Positions 58,596-64,000 of a DNA stretch of 64,000 nucleotides are shown one piece after another. The position numbers and the translations under genes are program-made. The DNA is from an uncultured Eubacteriales bacterium (GTDB lineage: Bacteria; Bacillota; Clostridia; Oscillospirales; CAG-382), in NCBI GenBank assembly GCA_900551295.1, contig URVJ01000012.1, forward strand, positions 1,861-65,860, written 5' to 3'. Every line of letters starts with the position of its first letter. Positions within the stretch are counted from its first letter, which is position 1. The notes beneath the pieces were generated by a model. It ran no database searches. It was not told the origin of the DNA and worked only from the letters and a program-made list of their open reading frames with translations.

Positions 58596-58901
58596 TCAGC
58601 CGATCTTGTTGATCTGAACCTTGGAATAGGGCTGTCTGTGTCCCTGCTTCTTCTTTTCGTTCTTCTTGGACTTATACTTAAGAATAACGACTTTCTTTGC
58701 CTTGGCGTTTCTGAGAACAGTACCTTCAGCCTTGACACCGTCTACAAACGGAGTTCCGACCTTGATTCCGTTATCGTCGGAAAGAGCCACTACGTCAAAC
58801 GATACGTTTGCGTTTTCTTCAACGCCGAGCTTCTCAACGAAGATGATGTCGCCCTCTGCTACTTTATACTGCTTTCCGCCGGTCTGAATAACTGCGTACA
58901 C
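58596..58901 (-). CDS. rplU: 50S ribosomal protein L21
   Basis: YAVIQTGGKQYKVAEGD. GAGGTG lies 6 nt upstream of GTG 58901. The ORF track starts 9 nt earlier. Confidence 0.96.
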   Translation of the reverse strand: MYAVIQTGGKQYKVAEGDIIFVEKLGVEENANVSFDVVALSDDNGIKVGTPFVDGVKAEGTVLRNAKAKKVVILKYKSKKNEKKKQGHRQPYSKVQINKIG

Positions 58902-59006
58902 GAAAAGCACCTCACTTTCTTAATAAGACTCGCTGAACACGGGCTTCCGGTTTTCTTTCATATATTACATAAAAGCGCACGGAATTATCTGCCCTTATCA
59001 TGCGGC
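58902..59006 (-). promoter_or_regulatory. rplU 5' UTR (candidate L21 ribosomal-protein leader)
   Basis: A leader of about 100 nt between the consensus promoter and the rplU start. This position matches the L21 leader known in Bacillota. I could not verify the structure by eye. Confidence 0.35.
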
Positions 59007-59012
59007 TCTACT

Positions 59013-59041
59013 ATTATATCATGTGAAAACGCCGATGTCAA
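59013..59041 (-). promoter_or_regulatory. perfect-consensus sigma-A promoter of rplU-prp-rpmA (TTGACA-17 nt-TGaTATAAT)
   Basis: The minus strand reads ccTTGACAtcggcgttttcacaTGaTATAATagt. Confidence 0.8.
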
Positions 59042-59266
59042 GGGTTTTGAGAGATTTTTTGACATTTATCAGGCGAGAACATTGCATTTTTATTTTTTTA
59101 CGGTGTATAATAGTTTCCGTCGGCGTAAAAGCCGGCAGGTAAGGATCTCTTTGCGGTGGATTTCACCGGCGGTTGCGCCATTCCCGAAAGGGTGTGGTTG
59201 TTATGAACGATACATAAAATTTATTATCTTTGTAGTTCTCATAGCGATAGCTTTTAGTATAAAAGT

Positions 59267-59303
59267 AAGATAACCGCCCCAATGCAAACGCAGCGGTTAT
59301 CTT
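59267..59303. other. 11-bp-stem hairpin (AAGATAACCGC / GCGGTTATCTT)
   Basis: Perfect 11-bp inverted repeat with a 15-nt loop. Weak T tracts follow on both strands (CTTTG on plus, ACTTTTAT on minus). Confidence 0.6.
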
Positions 59304-59351
59304 TGATCGTTATGTTGGCGCAACCGTTTGAGGTCTTGCCTTTGTACTTAT

Positions 59352-59380
59352 ATTATATCCGCAAAACCGATATTTGTCAA
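59352..59380 (-). promoter_or_regulatory. orphan perfect-consensus sigma-A promoter (TTGACA-17 nt-TATAAT) pointing toward rplU
   Basis: The minus strand reads gtgTTGACAaatatcggttttgcggaTATAATataag. There is no ORF downstream before the rplU promoter, about 310 nt away. Confidence 0.6.
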
Positions 59381-59430
59381 CACATATGCGAAAAAACTTT
59401 TATATGTTTACATTATTTATATTATATGTC

Positions 59431-59459
59431 TTGACAAAGCCGCGCGCTTACTGTATAAT
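59431..59459 (+). promoter_or_regulatory. perfect-consensus sigma-A promoter of the SAM riboswitch-metK unit
   Basis: cTTGACAaagccgcgcgcttactgTATAATg, about 25 nt upstream of the riboswitch. Confidence 0.8.
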
Positions 59460-59483
59460 GTATTCAAATTAATAAATCTTAAT

Positions 59484-59670
59484 CTTATCAAGAGCGGCTG
59501 AGGGAACAGGACCGAAGATGCCCGGCAACCTGTCTGAACAAAATTCGGACAAGGTGCTACTTCCTGCATGATATTCACGTTTTTGCAAAGCGCGGCGCGG
59601 TTATCATGAAAGATGAGAAGTAAACGACTTCTTCCCTGCTCTGATTTTTTCGGTGCAGGGTGTTTTTTTC
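59484..59670 (+). promoter_or_regulatory. SAM-I (S-box) riboswitch with terminator expression platform
   Basis: CTTATCAAGAGCGGCTGAGGGAACAGGACCGAAGATGCCCGGCAACC...AAGGTGCTACTTCCTGCA matches the S-box core. The terminator is CCCTGC...GCAGGG followed by TGTTTTTTT (59634-59669). Confidence 0.92.
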
Positions 59671-59696
59671 GGCACGGCAAAAGAAAGGAATTCAAA

Positions 59697-60881
59697 ATGA
59701 AAAAAGTATTATTCACATCGGAATCGGTAACTGAAGGACATCCCGACAAGATATGCGACGCCATATCCGACGCGGTGCTTGACGCCATAATTGAAAAAGA
59801 TCCGACGGCACGCGTTGCCTGCGAAACGGCTATAACCACGGGACTTGTACTCGTAACCGGAGAAGTTACCGCAAACTGCTATGTTGACATTCAGGGAATC
59901 GTGCGCGACACGATACGCGAAATAGGCTATGACAGAGCTAAATACGGCTTTGACAGCGACACCTGCGCGGTTATCAGTTCGATTCACGAACAGTCCCCCG
60001 ACATCGCTCTCGGCGTTGACAAATCGCTTGAAGCAAAAGAGGGCGATACCGACAAGTACGACACGGGCGCCGGCGACCAGGGACTTATCTTCGGATATGC
60101 CTGCAACGAAACCAAGGAGCTTATGCCGCTCCCCATCTCGCTTGCGCACAAGCTTGCAAAACGCCTTACCGAGGTCAGAAAGAACGGAACTCTGCCTTAT
60201 CTGCGTCCGGACGGAAAAACTCAGGTTACCGTTGAGTACACGGACGGGAAACCGTCAAGAGTCGACGCGGTTGTCGTTTCCTCTCAGCACGATCCCAAAG
60301 CTGAGCTTGCGGCTATCAGACGCGACATCATAAGAGAAGTTATACGCCCCGTCATTCCCGAAGAACTGCTCGACGAAAACACAAGATTCTTCATCAATCC
60401 GACAGGACGTTTTGTAATAGGCGGTCCCAACGGCGACACCGGTCTTACCGGAAGAAAGATCATTGTCGATACCTACGGCGGATATGCGCGTCACGGCGGC
60501 GGAGCATTCTCCGGCAAAGACCCGACAAAGGTTGACAGAAGTGCCGCATACGCCGCAAGATACGTTGCGAAGAACATTGTTGCGGCAGGTCTTGCGGACA
60601 AATGCGAGGTTCAGATAGCATATGCGATAGGCGTTGCTCACCCTATCTCGGTTCTGGTTGACACCTTCGGGACGGCAAAAGCCGACGAGGAAAAGATCTC
60701 AAAAGCCGTTTACAAGTGCTTCGATCTGCGTCCGGCTGCGATAATCGAAATGCTCGACCTCAGAAAGCCTATCTACAAGCAGCTCTCGGCTTACGGTCAT
60801 CTCGGCAGAGAAGAACTCGGGGTTACATGGGAAAAGACCGACCGCGCAGAGGCTCTCAAAAAAGCTGTTGCAGAACTTTAA
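59697..60881 (+). CDS. metK: S-adenosylmethionine synthase
   Basis: [28 protein letters not shown], and [19 protein letters not shown]. The ORF-track start at 59613 would run through the riboswitch terminator. Confidence 0.97.
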   Translation: MKKVLFTSESVTEGHPDKICDAISDAVLDAIIEKDPTARVACETAITTGLVLVTGEVTANCYVDIQGIVRDTIREIGYDRAKYGFDSDTCAVISSIHEQSPDIALGVDKSLEAKEGDTDKYDTGAGDQGLIFGYACNETKELMPLPISLAHKLAKRLTEVRKNGTLPYLRPDGKTQVTVEYTDGKPSRVDAVVVSSQHDPKAELAAIRRDIIREVIRPVIPEELLDENTRFFINPTGRFVIGGPNGDTGLTGRKIIVDTYGGYARHGGGAFSGKDPTKVDRSAAYAARYVAKNIVAAGLADKCEVQIAYAIGVAHPISVLVDTFGTAKADEEKISKAVYKCFDLRPAAIIEMLDLRKPIYKQLSAYGHLGREELGVTWEKTDRAEALKKAVAEL

Positions 60882-61194
60882 GCCAATATTGATTACTGTT
60901 ATTGCGCATATATTTGCATATTCGGACTAAATATCAACATTTTATATACCAAAACGCGCCGATTTATATGTTTCGCAGGAAATTTCAAAATATTTTCTCG
61001 CGTTTTCTGCAAAAAGCTCACATATACTCTGCGTTTTGGTGTTTTTTGTAAGATGTATACAAATTCAGCGGTAAAAATTTGGGAAGAAATAATCTTTTCT
61101 TTTTCAGAAAAATTTGGTATTATATAGTAGATAATTCAGAAACTCTAAAATTGTTTAAAGTTACAGGTGTCTGATCTTTAGGAGGTTACAACAG

Positions 61195-62310
61195 ATGGCA
61201 AGTGTTTCGTTAAAGCACATTTTCAAAAGATATCCCGGCGGCGTTACTGCCGTAAACGATTTCTGCCTTGAAATCAAGGACAAGGAATTCATTATACTCG
61301 TAGGTCCTTCCGGATGCGGTAAGTCAACCACTCTGCGTATGATTGCCGGTCTTGAAGAAATTACCGAAGGCGAACTTTACATAGGCGACAGAATCGTAAA
61401 CGACGTTGCGCCTAAGGACAGAGACATCGCGATGGTTTTCCAGAACTATGCTCTTTATCCGCACATGACAGTATTTGAAAACATGGCTTTCGGTCTTAAG
61501 CTCAGAAAAACACCGAAAGAAGAAATAAAGAGACGCGTTGAAGAGGCAGGAAGAATCCTCGACATCAGCCACCTTCTCGACAGACGCCCGAAGGCTTTGT
61601 CAGGCGGTCAGAGACAGCGTGTTGCTCTCGGACGTGCTATTGTCCGCGAACCTAAGGTATTCCTTCTTGACGAACCGCTCTCAAACCTCGACGCAAAGCT
61701 CCGTGCTGCGATGAGAACCGAGATCACAAAGCTTCACAAGAAACTCGGTACAACGTTTATCTACGTTACGCATGACCAGGTAGAGGCTATGACCATGGCT
61801 TCGAGAATCGTCGTTATGAAAGACGGTATCATTCAGCAGGTCGATACTCCTCAGAACCTTTACGATATGCCCTGCAACCTCTTCGTAGCAGGATTTATCG
61901 GAACTCCTCAGATGAACTTCATTCATGCAAACCTTGTCAAGGAAGGTTCCGACGTATTCGTTGAATTCGACGGCTGCAAGTTCAAGCTTCCGACCGAAAA
62001 GGCTCAGAATCCGGCACTTGCGGACTACTTCGGAAAAGAAGTTATCCTCGGCGTTCGTCCCGAATGTATCCACGACGAGCCTATGTACCTCTCCTCTCTT
62101 GAGGACTGGACGACAGACGTTCAGATCGACGTTACTGAGCTTATGGGTGCTGAAATTTACCTTTACTTCACTCTCGGCGAGGACAACAACCTCATCGCAA
62201 GAGTATCTTCCAGAAGCAAGGCAAAGAGCGGCGACACCGTTAAGGTTGCGTTCGATATTTCTCACATTCACATTTTCGATAAAGACACCGAAAAGTGCAT
62301 CGCACACTGA
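61195..62310 (+). CDS. ABC transporter ATP-binding protein, CUT1 sugar-importer energising subunit (MsmK/MalK/UgpC-like)
   Basis: Walker A GPSGCGKST, signature LSGGQRQRV, Walker B FLLDEPLS, and a C-terminal regulatory TOBE-like domain. AGGAGG upstream. Confidence 0.92.
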   Translation: MASVSLKHIFKRYPGGVTAVNDFCLEIKDKEFIILVGPSGCGKSTTLRMIAGLEEITEGELYIGDRIVNDVAPKDRDIAMVFQNYALYPHMTVFENMAFGLKLRKTPKEEIKRRVEEAGRILDISHLLDRRPKALSGGQRQRVALGRAIVREPKVFLLDEPLSNLDAKLRAAMRTEITKLHKKLGTTFIYVTHDQVEAMTMASRIVVMKDGIIQQVDTPQNLYDMPCNLFVAGFIGTPQMNFIHANLVKEGSDVFVEFDGCKFKLPTEKAQNPALADYFGKEVILGVRPECIHDEPMYLSSLEDWTTDVQIDVTELMGAEIYLYFTLGEDNNLIARVSSRSKAKSGDTVKVAFDISHIHIFDKDTEKCIAH

Positions 62311-62405
62311 TTATATTGCAACAATTACGGCAGGCTGCTTTTACGGCGGCTTGCCTTTCTTTTTAAATAGCCAAAGATACTGATTTTCGCGAAAGGAAAA
62401 CAAAA

Positions 62406-63635
62406 ATGAAATACGTCATAATAATAGGCGACGGAATGGCGGACTACAAAATCGAATCTATCGGCAACAAAACTCCGCTCATGGTTGCAAAAAAGCCGAG
62501 AATGGACTACATGGCGTCTCACGGCGTTATCGGATATTCCCACAACGTACCGGAAGGCATGGTCCCCGAAAGCGACACGGCAAACCTTGCGGTTATGGGA
62601 TATGATCCAAAGATATACTCAAAGGGACGTTCTCCTCTTGAGGCGTTGAGCATGGGCATTGAAATGCAGCCCGACGAAACCGCATTCAGAATCAACACGG
62701 TTGCTCTTACGGAAAATGACTGCGACTACGAACATCAGGTAATCATAGACCACGGTGCCGACGAGATACCGACTGAGGAATCGGCAGAGCTTATAAAGAC
62801 GCTTGACAAGGAACTCGGCGACGAAAACCGCAAGTATTATCCCGGCGTAAGCTACCGTCACTGCCTTATATGGAAAAATGCACCCGAAATATTCCCGTTC
62901 ATGCGTCCGCACGACATACTCGGCAAAACGATAGGCGAATATCTGCCGAGCGGCGAAATCGGCGCGCCGTATCTCGAAATAATGAAAAAAAGCTACGAGA
63001 TATTAAAGAACCACCCCATAAACATCGACAGAAAAAAGCGCGGACTTCTGCCCGCAAACTCGCTTTGGATATGGAGCCCCGGCAAAAAGCCGCAGCTCAA
63101 ATCGTTTGAAGAAAAATACGGCATAAAGGGCACCGTAATCTCAGCGGTTGACCTTATAAAGGGTATCGGAAAATGCGCAAAGATGAACGTCCCCGACATT
63201 GAGGGCGCGACCGGCAACATCAACACAAACTTCCACGGCAAAGCTGTCGCTGCGGTTGAGGCACTCAGAAACGGCGACGATCTTGTATACGTCCACGTCG
63301 AAGCACCCGACGAATGCGGTCACAGAGCCGAGCTTGAAAACAAGATAAAATCTATCGAGTACATAGACGAGCAGGTAATCGGATACATTGAGGACGAGCT
63401 GAAAAAGGACGGCGAAGAATACCGTTTTCTTATACTTCCCGACCACCCGACTCCAATCGCCCTCAGAACGCACACCATGGACGCCGTGCCTTACATCATG
63501 TACACAAGCACAAACGAAGTAAACTCTGGCGCGCCTTGCTACGACGAGCAGTTCGGCGTTGAGGATTCTTCGGCTCTCGGTCTTAAAAACTACGACAGGG
63601 GCGAAAAAATCATGGACGATTTTCTCGGAAAATAA
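62406..63635 (+). CDS. apgM: cofactor-independent phosphoglycerate mutase, ApgM (archaeal-type) family
   Basis: MKYVIIIGDGMADY...KTPLMVAKKPRMD N-terminus, HVEAPDECGH metal site, and ILPDHPTP. Confidence 0.88.
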   Translation: MKYVIIIGDGMADYKIESIGNKTPLMVAKKPRMDYMASHGVIGYSHNVPEGMVPESDTANLAVMGYDPKIYSKGRSPLEALSMGIEMQPDETAFRINTVALTENDCDYEHQVIIDHGADEIPTEESAELIKTLDKELGDENRKYYPGVSYRHCLIWKNAPEIFPFMRPHDILGKTIGEYLPSGEIGAPYLEIMKKSYEILKNHPINIDRKKRGLLPANSLWIWSPGKKPQLKSFEEKYGIKGTVISAVDLIKGIGKCAKMNVPDIEGATGNINTNFHGKAVAAVEALRNGDDLVYVHVEAPDECGHRAELENKIKSIEYIDEQVIGYIEDELKKDGEEYRFLILPDHPTPIALRTHTMDAVPYIMYTSTNEVNSGAPCYDEQFGVEDSSALGLKNYDRGEKIMDDFLGK

Positions 63636-63658
63636 AATTTTCAAGGAGGTAAACAAAC

Positions 63659-63823
63659 ATGGAAAACACAGCCTTTTCGGTTATAATTATGCTCATATTT
63701 GCCGTTATCGGCTTTTTTGCCGGAGCATTTTTAGACAACAACGCTTTCGGCAGTGCAATTCTGTTTGCGCTTATTTCCGGAATTGCCTGCATTGTTCATG
63801 CGATTGAAAGCAAAAAGCAGTAA
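63659..63823 (+). CDS. unlisted 54-aa two-TM small membrane protein (MENTAFSVIIMLIFAVIGFFAGAFLDNNAFGSAILFALISGIACIVHAIESKKQ)
   Basis: AAGGAGGT lies 8 nt upstream of ATG 63659. Two hydrophobic helices. A strong terminator follows 33 nt after the stop. Below the ORF-track size cutoff. Confidence 0.7.
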   Translation: MENTAFSVIIMLIFAVIGFFAGAFLDNNAFGSAILFALISGIACIVHAIESKKQ

Positions 63824-63855
63824 ACCGCATAAATTCAAGTAAACATAATGCAAAA

Positions 63856-63901
63856 TCTCCCGTGTCCGGTACTCGTATGTACTCACGGGAGATAATTTTT
63901 T
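63856..63901 (+). terminator. rho-independent terminator of apgM-small ORF unit
   Basis: TCTCCCGTG, a 19-nt loop, CACGGGAGA, then TAATTTTTTG. Confidence 0.85.
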
Positions 63902-64000
63902 GCTTACAAAGCAGCAAAAAATGTAATTATTGTTAGCATAAAACTCTTACTGTTCCACAACCGACTTATAATAGTTTCCGAAATCCGCAAGAGCGTCAAT

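Noticed and set aside
63947-64000. A possible 3' end of a minus-strand gene at the window edge (…IDALADFGNYYKSVVEQ*).
   Set aside because: Only 17 codons are visible, which is not enough to support a call.

Overview
The window is a chromosomal segment from a Bacillota genome. I infer a Clostridia-like organism from SpoIID, RNase Y, Prp-processed L27, a glmS ribozyme and a SAM-I riboswitch. I saw no rRNA, tRNA, CRISPR array, IS element or prophage genes.

Most of the window is housekeeping:
- Amino-sugar genes: an LbH acyltransferase, the glmS ribozyme with glmS, and nagA.
- The origin-region-type cluster rpmH-rnpA-yidD-yidC-jag, but with no dnaA next to it.
- metG-tatD, and pth.
- rimO-pgsA-cysE-cysS-mrnC.
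- rny.
- ppx-ppk.
- rplU-prp-rpmA-obg.
- metK behind the SAM-I riboswitch.
- An MsmK-like ABC ATPase and apgM.

The accessory-looking parts are:
- An AraC regulator followed by a small membrane protein gene and a SpoIID-like gene.
- An ECF sigma/anti-sigma pair.
- A Crp/Fnr regulator divergent from a flavodiiron protein.
- A lone AgrB-like gene.
- A roughly 12 kb carbohydrate neighbourhood at 44.5-56.5 kb. It holds a DUF5107-TPR protein, a LacI-type sensor fused to a LuxR HTH, AraC, GH4, a 981-aa multidomain WbsX/GH99-like protein and a TIM-barrel isomerase.

The most unusual observations are:
1. The agrB-like gene has no recognisable agrD, agrC or agrA. It is preceded by two perfect 17-bp direct repeats with 21-bp phasing, which resemble LytTR/VirR boxes.
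2. A roughly 50-80 bp promoter/leader module is shared almost verbatim by agrB and the distant AraC regulator gene. Its hairpin arms carry paired substitutions.
3. A 108-bp tandem repeat lies between pth and nagA.
4. An orphan perfect-consensus promoter and a structured non-coding region lie between rplU and metK.
5. An AT-rich non-coding island at about 35.2-35.6 kb contains a roughly 360-bp segment bounded by 17-bp inverted repeats.

All functional calls rest on motif recognition by eye. No searches were run.
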